A stretch of DNA of 21,054 nucleotides from Candidatus Eiseniibacteriota bacterium (lineage in GTDB: Bacteria; Eisenbacteria; RBG-16-71-46). The translations under genes and the position numbers were made by a program. This document shows, in pieces, positions 1 to 7,345 of the stretch. Location: the NCBI GenBank assembly GCA_031364845.1, contig JANLWX010000172.1, forward strand, positions 1 to 21,054, in the 5' to 3' direction. Position 1 is the first letter of the stretch; every line of letters begins with the position of its first letter. The notes under the pieces were generated by a model that was not told where the DNA came from, did no database searches, and saw only the letters and a list, made by a program, of their open reading frames with translations.

Positions 1-702
1 GCGACTCTGCCGGCCGCCGCCCAGACCGACAGCACGGGTGTGACTCCCCCTGCTGCAACCCAGGGCGACGTGAGTCCCCCCGCGTCGACTGAAGGCGACA
101 TCAGCTCCACCACGAGCACGGCCCCGGCAGCCCCCGCGATCGCCGATGCCGGCGATGCGGCACTCGACGCGCACTGGTCCGCCCGGCGCAACTGGCTCTC
201 GCTGCGCGGCGGCTACGCGAAGTCCGGGACCGAGGACGCCGCCAACGGCAGCGTCGGCGGTGGCATCGGCTACAGCCGCATGCTCTCCAAGTGGAAGATC
301 TACAAGTGGACGCTGTTCAAGCACTTTTCACTCGGCGGTTACGTCCACGTGGACCAACTCGGACGCTTCGGCAAGTCCGCCGAGATCGAAGTACCGGCCA
401 CGCTCGAACTGGTGCGCCATTTCCGCTGGGGCAGCCCCTATGTGCATCCGTATCTGGGCGTGGGCGGCGGTGCGTACTACCGCAAGCTCTACCGCAGCGG
501 CGACGACATCGGCGTCATGCGCACCGGCAAGTACCTGGTGCTCGGGGTCAACAGCCCGATCGACGACACCAATGTGCTCGGCGTCGATGTGCGGCTCTCG
601 AAGGTCGACGCCACCAACGTCCGCGTGAACCCGGTGTTCGGTATCGGCGACGACAACGCGACGCATTGGAGCGTGAAGCTCAACTACGCGATCACGTACT
701 AG
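1..702 (+). CDS. Outer-membrane beta-barrel protein (small OmpA/OmpW-like barrel), 5'-truncated by the window edge
   Basis: Frame +1 is open from base 1 (ATLPAAAQTDSTG..., resembling the end of a signal peptide), so the true start lies upstream of the track's GTG at 40. A Pro/Ala/Thr/Ser linker is followed by alternating amphipathic strands (WLSLRGGY, PYLGVGGGAYY, VLGVDVRL). It ends in a beta-signal-like aromatic C-terminus WSVKLNYAITY*. Confidence 0.75.
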   Translation, partial: ATLPAAAQTDSTGVTPPAATQGDVSPPASTEGDISSTTSTAPAAPAIADAGDAALDAHWSARRNWLSLRGGYAKSGTEDAANGSVGGGIGYSRMLSKWKIYKWTLFKHFSLGGYVHVDQLGRFGKSAEIEVPATLELVRHFRWGSPYVHPYLGVGGGAYYRKLYRSGDDIGVMRTGKYLVLGVNSPIDDTNVLGVDVRLSKVDATNVRVNPVFGIGDDNATHWSVKLNYAITY

Positions 703-1973
703 CGTCGGCGTCGGGCGGCCCGCAGCATCACCAGCGGATCGATCCACGCCGTGACGCCGCGCCGTTCGATGTTCGGCAGTCCGTTCGCCTGCGGCACCTT
801 GGCGCGGTCGTAGCGCACGCCTCCCAGGTATCCGAGGTCGAGCCCGACGCTGTAGCCGGTCGTGGTGCCGTCGATCCCCGCCGCGTCGTCCTTCACGTGC
901 CCGCGGCGCAGCGTGAACACGTTCGCGTAGGTCGCCTCGACGCCGTAGCGCCGGACGTCATGGGCGCCGGTGACATCACCGGGATCCACGCGCTCGAGAT
1001 CGCCGACGATGCCGCCCGCGTAGAGCGGCGTGAACGCGCGCGTGAGCCACGGCGTTCCGCCGAACCGGCGCGGCCGTCCTTGAGCGACGCTCGCCGAAAT
1101 GCCATGACGCGCGTTGCGTTCCAGCGGCTGCGAAGGACTGCCGGCGGATTCGAGCGCGGCACTGCCGGCATTCTTCACCGAGTAGGCGTAGGAAAGATCG
1201 AAGCGCCGCGGTTCCTGCCTGCGCACCGGTCGCAGGTCCGGAAAGATCCCGGCGCGCGGATCGCGAACGCGCCGCGTGCGCGACGGATCGTTCGCCTGCG
1301 GCCAGCGCCAGGTGCCGGGAGGGGCGGCCTCGGGTGCAGCGACCGCACGCGGCGCGAGCGTGTTGACCGGTGTCCAGCGGGCGACCACGCCATAGTCGGT
1401 GGTCCGCGCATGCGATTCGGCGTCGGGTGCCAGTCCGGAGCGCAATTCGTTGCGCATCGCACCCGCCGCGACGTCGAAACGCGCGAACAGCGCAGGCGGC
1501 GCGGCATTGGCCAGCGCCATCACCGATGAGATCGCATCGGCCAGGCTGATTCCCGCGCCCCACACTTCGACGCGGTGCGCGATCCGTCCCGGCGTTCCGG
1601 GAACCGCATCGTCGATGAGTTCCGTGCGGCTCAGGCCGAGCGGTTCGCCCGAACCCATCACGCCGATGCCGCCGTAGGCGGCGCTCCAGCGCTCGGAGTG
1701 AAACGCGAGCCCGGAGGACGTGCCGTAGGGAGTGTCGCCCGAGTCGAACCGCACGCCCTGGTGGTAGCCGAGCAGCGCGGGATTCGCCCATGCGTCGGGA
1801 TCACCGCCCCAGAACGCGGCACTTCCGGCGCCGCCGTTCCCCGCGGAGCGGATCGAAGGAGGGAGCGAAAGCGCGCTCGATGCCGGCGCGTCATGGGCGG
1901 TCGCCGCTACGATACCTGCGGCAACGATGAAGACTCTGATGAAGACTCTGAAGAGGACTGGAGCGCGCGTCAT
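699..1973 (-). CDS. PorV/PorQ- or FadL-like outer-membrane beta-barrel protein (424 aa)
   Basis: Likely start is ATG at 1973 (GGAAAGG upstream), not 2159. The signal peptide is MTRAPVLFRVFIRVFIVAAGIVAATAHDA. The N-terminal motif SIRSAGNGGAGSA...AWANPALLG matches the R..GMG.A...A...NPA plug motif of PorV/FadL-type barrels. C-terminal strands include YGVEATYANVFTLRRG and GYSVGL. Its stop overlaps the stop of the convergent gene (CTAG at 699-702). Confidence 0.65.
   Translation of the reverse strand: MTRAPVLFRVFIRVFIVAAGIVAATAHDAPASSALSLPPSIRSAGNGGAGSAAFWGGDPDAWANPALLGYHQGVRFDSGDTPYGTSSGLAFHSERWSAAYGGIGVMGSGEPLGLSRTELIDDAVPGTPGRIAHRVEVWGAGISLADAISSVMALANAAPPALFARFDVAAGAMRNELRSGLAPDAESHARTTDYGVVARWTPVNTLAPRAVAAPEAAPPGTWRWPQANDPSRTRRVRDPRAGIFPDLRPVRRQEPRRFDLSYAYSVKNAGSAALESAGSPSQPLERNARHGISASVAQGRPRRFGGTPWLTRAFTPLYAGGIVGDLERVDPGDVTGAHDVRRYGVEATYANVFTLRRGHVKDDAAGIDGTTTGYSVGLDLGYLGGVRYDRAKVPQANGLPNIERRGVTAWIDPLVMLRAARRRR
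1926..1959. repeat. Short tandem repeat GATGAAGACTCT x2 plus a degenerate third copy, inside the signal-peptide coding region of the PorV-like gene
   Basis: Exact 12-bp copies at 1926-1937 and 1938-1949, then GAAGAGGACT. On the minus strand it encodes F-RVFI-RVFI, so it is frame-preserving. Confidence 0.8.
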
Positions 1974-2100
1974 GATCAGACCTTTCCGAGGGCCGGCCAG
2001 CACTCCGGAGTTTGCAGCAGCTTTTCGAGGCGCGGGAGGCGAGCGTGTACCATTGGCCCGGACCGACCGCGACGCCCGTAACCCGCAACCGGAGAAAGAC

Positions 2101-2535
2101 ATGATTCGAATGCGAAGCCCGTGGTGGAAGGTATCGGCACTCGCGCTGTGCCTGTGCACCCTTGCGACCGCGTGCGCGCATCAACCGCCCACGCGCCGCG
2201 TGGGGGTGAACATCGAGAGCCGCCCCACGCCCGCGCCGCCCGATTCCGCGAGTCTCGCTCGCGGCGGGACCGGCGCCCGGCCGCGTCCGGTCGTCATGTC
2301 GGATCAGACCCGGCGTGCCACGATCTCGAGCCTCGCCGCCGACACCACCACCGCGCGCGCCGCGCTCACGCGCTGCGCGGGGCGCAAGCTCCTGCCAGAT
2401 CAGGAGGGTGTGTTCGACGCGACGACCAAGGCATTGATGGATGTGCGCGCCATGTTTGCCACCGGAAATCTCGCGCGCGCGGAGTCGCTCGCGCGGCAGG
2501 CGAAGCAGTTGTCGACGTCGCTCACCTGTCGTTAG
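2101..2535 (+). CDS. Putative lipoprotein (144 aa) with a Pro-rich linker and a helical C-terminal domain
   Basis: GGAG precedes ATG 2101. The N-terminus MIRMRSPWWKVSALALCLCTLATAC has a basic region, hydrophobic core and lipobox-like LATAC. It has a PTPAPP linker, amphipathic helices and two further Cys (TRCAG, LTCR*). The track's start at 1927 would overlap the divergent gene and is unlikely. Confidence 0.7.
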   Translation: MIRMRSPWWKVSALALCLCTLATACAHQPPTRRVGVNIESRPTPAPPDSASLARGGTGARPRPVVMSDQTRRATISSLAADTTTARAALTRCAGRKLLPDQEGVFDATTKALMDVRAMFATGNLARAESLARQAKQLSTSLTCR

Positions 2536-2590
2536 GGGTCCGCGGAACGAGCAAAAACCGGCAGGCCTCTAGAATTCGCGGGAGAGATTT

Positions 2591-2614
2591 TCAACTGTCC
2601 TTACGGACAGTTGA
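2591..2614. promoter_or_regulatory. Perfect inverted repeat TCAACTGTCC-ttac-GGACAGTTGA (candidate operator or RNA hairpin)
   Basis: 10-bp perfect arms and a 4-nt spacer in the relatively AT-rich intergenic region 2536-2778. There is no adjacent U-tract on either strand. The dyad is directly seen, but its function is unknown. Confidence 0.5.
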
Positions 2615-2778
2615 TGACATAGATGGCCTCGAGCCGACCCCGCAACCCGTTGCCATGGAACAAATTGATTCCAACGCATTGACGCGGCGACCCGCTTCGA
2701 CAACTCTCTGAACTCATTTCGCAGCCGATCCGACCCCGCCTGAGTCACGGTCCGACGGCCTGCCACAGGGAGTGCACA

Positions 2779-3942
2779 CTGAAACCGAGTGATTCACGAC
2801 TCATTCTCGACCGCCGGCGCTTCATCGTTCTCGCCGGAAGCACGGCCGCCTATGTCGCTCTGCGCCCCCATCTCGCGTGGGCGAAGAAAGCGGCGCGCGG
2901 CCTGCCCGCCATCCAGCCGTGGGAGATCCCGCCCTCGGCACCGCACGATCCGGTCGAACTCACGCGCGCGCTGATCGGTGCCGCGGTGCTCGCTCCGAGC
3001 ACCTGGAACACGCAGCCGTGGCGTTTCGAGGTGGACGGCGACCGCATCCGCATCGTCGCCGACACGCGCCGCGCGCTGCCGGTGATCGATCCGGGCCAGA
3101 AGAGCCTGATGATTTCGCTCGGCGCCGCCCTCGAGAACATGCTGGTCGCCGCGCGCGCCTACGGCCTGCGGCCGACCGTGACCTACTTCCCGTACGGCCT
3201 CGCGAACCCGGCCGTGGCCGAGGTGACGTGGACGCACGGCGATGCGCGCCGCGATCGCGCGATGTTCCAGGCGATCCCGGAACGCCGCACGAACCGCCGC
3301 GAATACGACGGCCGCGGCATCTTCCCGCAGAATCGCGCGCAGCTGCTGGCCCAGATTCCGGAAGACTTCCGGATGCACTGGATCGATGACCGCGATGCGA
3401 TCAACGGGCTCGCCAATCTCGCGCGCGACGCGGCCGAAACGCGCACGCTCGACCACCGCGCGCAGGCCGAACAGATGACGTGGATGCGCATGGGCGAGGA
3501 CGATGCCGTCCGCCGCGGCGACGGCGTGACGGTGGATGCGCTCGAATACGGTGGTCCCGCGCGCTGGCTCGCCGGACGCTACTTCCATCCCGAGAGCTGG
3601 TTCCTGCGCTTCGGCGCTCAGGCCGCGGGCAAGCGGGCGCGCGGAGGGTTCCGTTCGGCGGGTGCGGTGGTGTTACTCACGGCGGCGCGGGGTGGTGAGA
3701 ACTCACGGCTGGTCGGCGGGCAGGTGTACGAGCGCTTCGCGCTCAAGGCGACGCAGCTGGGCATCGCGCATCATCCGGTGAACGAGCCGATCGACCTCGA
3801 CAAGTTCCGGCCCGAAGTGCTGCGCCGCTTCTCGGCGGCCGGCGAAGAGCCGCTGATGCTGGTTCGCCTCGGGCACGCCAAGCGCCCGGAGCCGTCCGTG
3901 CGCCGCAGCGTGGCCTACGTCGCGTCGTTCCGAAACACGTAG
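2779..3942 (+). CDS. Acg-family FMN-binding nitroreductase-like protein with twin-arginine (Tat) signal; probable CTG start (387 aa)
   Basis: It has the Acg-type motifs LAPSTWNTQPWRF, DP...SLGAALEN, RRTNRREY, GQVYERFAL.AT..G and a C-terminal RLG.A...SVRR. The frame is open upstream of the track's GTG 2986 and encodes LKPSDSRLILDRRRFIVLAGSTAAYVALRPHLAWA. AGGGAG (2767-2772) lies 6 nt before CTG 2779. There is no in-frame ATG/GTG/TTG between the stop at 2680-2682 and 2986. Confidence 0.85.
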   Translation: MKPSDSRLILDRRRFIVLAGSTAAYVALRPHLAWAKKAARGLPAIQPWEIPPSAPHDPVELTRALIGAAVLAPSTWNTQPWRFEVDGDRIRIVADTRRALPVIDPGQKSLMISLGAALENMLVAARAYGLRPTVTYFPYGLANPAVAEVTWTHGDARRDRAMFQAIPERRTNRREYDGRGIFPQNRAQLLAQIPEDFRMHWIDDRDAINGLANLARDAAETRTLDHRAQAEQMTWMRMGEDDAVRRGDGVTVDALEYGGPARWLAGRYFHPESWFLRFGAQAAGKRARGGFRSAGAVVLLTAARGGENSRLVGGQVYERFALKATQLGIAHHPVNEPIDLDKFRPEVLRRFSAAGEEPLMLVRLGHAKRPEPSVRRSVAYVASFRNT

Positions 3943-3978
3943 AATCACTTCGAACCGGCCGCGGAATCGGAGATGTTC

Positions 3979-4329
3979 ATGCAGCGTTCGTTCCTTGGAA
4001 GCCTGTTGCTCGTGGCCGTCGTCATCCTGGTCGGCGGCTTCGGGCCGTGGCTCGTGCGTGAACTGCGCACGCTGCCCAAGTCGGGCGCGCTCGCCGCACG
4101 GGCCGACCAGCGCATCGTATCGCTCGAAGTTGGCGGCATGACCTGCGCGGGCTGCGCGGCCAAGGTGAAGAGCGAGCTCGCAACGGTCCCCGGTGTCACG
4201 ACCTCCGAAGTCCGGTACGAACAGCGCCGCGCCTACGTCGTGTGCGACAAGAGCGTGCCCGACAGCGCCATCACCGGCGCCATCCGCCGCGCGGGGCCGG
4301 GGTTCCTGGCCGCAATCGCTCCGCGCTGA
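3979..4329 (+). CDS. Heavy-metal-associated (HMA; MerP/CopZ-like) domain protein with an N-terminal membrane anchor or signal
   Basis: Motif LEVGGMTCAGCAAKVKSELATVPGV and hydrophobic N-terminus LLLVAVVILVGGFGPWL. GGAG at 3969-3972 spaces better to ATG 3979 than to ATG 3973. Confidence 0.85.
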   Translation: MQRSFLGSLLLVAVVILVGGFGPWLVRELRTLPKSGALAARADQRIVSLEVGGMTCAGCAAKVKSELATVPGVTTSEVRYEQRRAYVVCDKSVPDSAITGAIRRAGPGFLAAIAPR

Positions 4330-4498
4330 CGGACGTTTTTCCTCCCCGCGACGCCACGATTCTCGGGCCGGGCCGGTTTCTCCTGTTCACCTCGGCGCGG
4401 CGCACGGTAGACTTGCCCTGACTCTCGATACCTCGCCGCGCGCCCAAGACTTCTTCGGCCGAACCATTGGATTCTCGAACCGCGGAGCACATCGCACC

Positions 4499-7249
4499 AT
4501 GCGCCGTTTCGCCGTCCCCGCGGTTGTCCTGCTCGTGCTCACCGCGGGGATCGTCGCGATGCCGCGGCATCTCATCTCGCGCACGGCGACCAACCCCGAC
4601 TTCGTGCACTTCGAGAGCGGGCACGTGCACCCGGCGACGCTGACTCCGGACGGCACGCGGCTGCTGGTGGTCAACACGCCGGACAATCGTCTCAGCGTGT
4701 TCGATGTGACCGGTGCCGCGCCCGCGCGCGTGGCTGAGATTTCGGTCGGACTCGAGCCGGTGTCGGTGGCGTGCCTCGACGACTCGACGGCGTGGGTCGT
4801 AAATCATCTGTCGGACGACGTGAGCGTGGTCAACCTGCGCACGCTGCACGTCGCGGCCTCGCTGCGTGTCGGCGACGAGCCGGCCGATGTCGTGTTCGCG
4901 GGCGCGCCGGTGCGCGCGTACGTGAGCGTCTCGCAGGAGAACCGGATCCGCGTCTACGATCCGGCGAATCTCGCGACAGCGCCGGTCAACGTTCCGATCG
5001 CCGGCCGCATGCCGCGCTCACTCGCGCGTTCGGCGAATGGCGCGCTCGTCTACACGGCGGTGTTCAACGCCGGCAATCGCACGTCGCTCGTCAACTTCGG
5101 CGACATCCCGGCCGGCACGATGCCCGCCGATCCGCAATATCCGCGCTCACCCTCGCTGCCGGCGACGCCGCCGCGCGTGGCGCTCATCGTCCAGCGGCAG
5201 GGCGCGCAGTGGAAGGACATGTACGGCGGCGATTGGACCGCGAAGGTTCCGTACGACATCACCGATGTCGATGTCGCCGAGATCGCGACCGCGACGAACT
5301 CCGTGTCGCGCACGTTCGGCGATCTGGGTGCCGTGAACTTCGGGCTCGCCGTGAATCCGATCGACGGCCGCGTCGCAGTGAGCAGCACCGAGGCACTCAA
5401 CCTCAAGCGCTTCGAGCCGCGCCTGCGCGGCCACATCGTCGACACGCAGCTCGGTCTCGTCACCGCCGTGGGCACGGTGACGGTCCGCAATCTCAATCCG
5501 CACGCCGACTACAATGTGGCGAGCCGGCCGGCCGACGTGGATTCGGCGATCGGCATTCCGACGGGCGTGGCGTATTCCGGCGACGGCCTGCGCGTGTACG
5601 TCACTTCGCTCGCGAGCAACAAGCTCGCGGTGCTCGATCCCGCGGGGTCCGGCGTGCTCGCTCGCGTGCGCGTGGTCGAAGGCCCGACCGGCGTGGTCGC
5701 CGATGCCGCGCGCGGACGGCTCTATGTCGTGGGCCGGTTCCGCAACCAGCTCCAGACGCTGTCGGCGACGAACTTCAGCCAGGTGGCGCTGGCGGGCATC
5801 GGATTCGACCCGACGCCGGATGTGATCGTGAACGGCCGGCGCACGTTCTATGGAGGAAAGACGTCGGGTCACGGCGATCAGGCGTGCGCCACGTGCCATG
5901 TGTTCGGCGACTTCGACAACCTCGCGTGGGACCTCGGCGATCCCAACGGCACCTACGATCCGCCGCCGCCGGGTCAGCCGCTGGCACCATTCCTCGAAGG
6001 CTTCGATCCGATGAAGGGCCCGATGACCACGCAGTCGCTGCGCGGCCTGCCCGGCACCGGCATCCTGCACTGGCGCGGCGATCGCGCGAATCTCGCGGCG
6101 TTCAACCCGGCGTTCGTCGGCCTGATGGGCACCGCAGCACCGCTGCCCGACAGCTCGATGGCGGCGTTCACCGACTTCGTGACGCCGCTCGCGTATCCGC
6201 CGAACCCGCATCAGCACCTGGACCGCACGTTCGCCGACTCGCCGCCCGGGCAGCCGAGTGCGAAGCGCGGGCAGCAGTTCTTCATGAACACGCCGGTCGA
6301 CGGCGGGCGCACGTGCAACTTCTGTCACACCGTTCCGACCGGAAGCAACGGCCAGATCTTCCCCGACGACGTGCTGCTCGAGGACCAGGACATCAAGGTT
6401 CCCCAGTTGCGCAACATGTACAAGAAGACCGGATTCGCCGACGTGCCCGGCGCGATCAACACGCGCGGGTTCGGTTTCACGCACGACGGCGGCATCGACA
6501 GCCTGTTCGACTTCCTGCTCGCGCCCGTGTTCACGTTCGCGAGCGGAGCCGCGGGCAACAATCAACGCCGCGACGTCGAATCGTTCCTGCACGCCTTCGA
6601 CACCGGCATGGCTCCCGCGGTCGGATATCAGATCACGTTCGATGGCGTGAACAACGGCAACGCCACGTTACGGGCGCGCGTCGACACGCTGCGCACGCAG
6701 ACCGCTGCCAACGCCGACGTGATCGCCAAGGGCCGCGTCGACGGCCAGCCACGAGGATGGCTGTATGTCGGGCTCGATCAATGGCAGCCCGACAAGGCCG
6801 GCGACTCTCATCTGACCACGTCCGAGCTGATCGCACTCGCCGCGCTCGGCAGCGAGGTCACGATCTCCGGAGTTCCGTTCGGAAGCGGCAACCGCATGGG
6901 CATCGACCGGGATCGCGACACGTATCCCGACGGCGACGAACTCGACGCCGGCAGCGATCCCGGAAATCCAGCCTCGACTCCGCTCAACGTCGCCGTCGGC
7001 GAACCGCGCGATTCGGGCACGCGCGTGAGCGCGCTGCGGCCGAATCCGTTCCGCGATGCGACCGAGTTGTCGTTCACGCTCGGGAAGCCGGGGCCGGTGA
7101 GCGTCACGGTTTACGATGTGCTCGGACGCGAAGTGCGCAGCGTCGCGCGCGGGATGTGGCTCGATGCCGGACCGCAGTCGCTGCGCTGGGACGGGCGGAC
7201 GCGGGAGGGCGCTTCGGCCGCCGCGGTTGTCTACTTCGTGCGGCTCTAA
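4499..7249 (+). CDS. Secreted YVTN/YncE beta-propeller + di-heme cytochrome c (CcP/MauG-superfamily-like) + Ca-binding DxDxD motif + FlgD-Ig/T9SS-type C-terminal domain (cut short by TAA)
   Basis: Likely start is ATG 4499 (GGAG at 4484-4487; signal peptide MRRFAVPAVVLLVLTAGIVA). Propeller repeats include LTPDGTRLLVVNTPDNRLSVFD, WVVNHLSDDVSVV and YSGDGLRVYVTS. Two CxxCH motifs are present: CATCH at 5885-5899 and CNFCH at 6314-6328. Peroxidase-family-like motifs are TQSLRG..LHWRGDR and KVPQLRN...FTHDGG. DRDRDTYPDGDE lies at 6905-6940, and the CTD reads PNPFRD...VYDVLGREVR...WDGR...YFVRL. Confidence 0.85.
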   Translation: MRRFAVPAVVLLVLTAGIVAMPRHLISRTATNPDFVHFESGHVHPATLTPDGTRLLVVNTPDNRLSVFDVTGAAPARVAEISVGLEPVSVACLDDSTAWVVNHLSDDVSVVNLRTLHVAASLRVGDEPADVVFAGAPVRAYVSVSQENRIRVYDPANLATAPVNVPIAGRMPRSLARSANGALVYTAVFNAGNRTSLVNFGDIPAGTMPADPQYPRSPSLPATPPRVALIVQRQGAQWKDMYGGDWTAKVPYDITDVDVAEIATATNSVSRTFGDLGAVNFGLAVNPIDGRVAVSSTEALNLKRFEPRLRGHIVDTQLGLVTAVGTVTVRNLNPHADYNVASRPADVDSAIGIPTGVAYSGDGLRVYVTSLASNKLAVLDPAGSGVLARVRVVEGPTGVVADAARGRLYVVGRFRNQLQTLSATNFSQVALAGIGFDPTPDVIVNGRRTFYGGKTSGHGDQACATCHVFGDFDNLAWDLGDPNGTYDPPPPGQPLAPFLEGFDPMKGPMTTQSLRGLPGTGILHWRGDRANLAAFNPAFVGLMGTAAPLPDSSMAAFTDFVTPLAYPPNPHQHLDRTFADSPPGQPSAKRGQQFFMNTPVDGGRTCNFCHTVPTGSNGQIFPDDVLLEDQDIKVPQLRNMYKKTGFADVPGAINTRGFGFTHDGGIDSLFDFLLAPVFTFASGAAGNNQRRDVESFLHAFDTGMAPAVGYQITFDGVNNGNATLRARVDTLRTQTAANADVIAKGRVDGQPRGWLYVGLDQWQPDKAGDSHLTTSELIALAALGSEVTISGVPFGSGNRMGIDRDRDTYPDGDELDAGSDPGNPASTPLNVAVGEPRDSGTRVSALRPNPFRDATELSFTLGKPGPVSVTVYDVLGREVRSVARGMWLDAGPQSLRWDGRTREGASAAAVVYFVRL

Positions 7250-7345
7250 GCCACGGGTTCGCGGTGGAATCGGATGGTGGTGCGGATTCGGTAGCGGCCA
7301 TTCACTGCCGGCCGGCAGCGTCGTAGACGCGATTGAAGGCAGAGA

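Noticed and set aside
291..1529. 412-aa plus-strand ORF spanning two genes
   Set aside because: It overlaps two better-supported barrel genes and has no recognisable features.
1926..1959. 12-bp tandem repeat as a phase-variation switch
   Set aside because: The unit is a multiple of 3 with only two exact copies, so slippage would not shift the frame.
2665..2678. TTGAT half-site suggestive of an FNR box
   Set aside because: The second half (ACGCA) does not match ATCAA.
4193..4498. Extended N-terminus of the cytochrome gene in the ORF track
   Set aside because: It overlaps the HMA gene, and the signal peptide and RBS point to ATG 4499.
4771..7326. 851-aa plus-strand ORF and 5147-6592 minus-strand ORF
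   Set aside because: Off-frame shadows of the cytochrome/propeller gene, with low-complexity Arg-rich translations.
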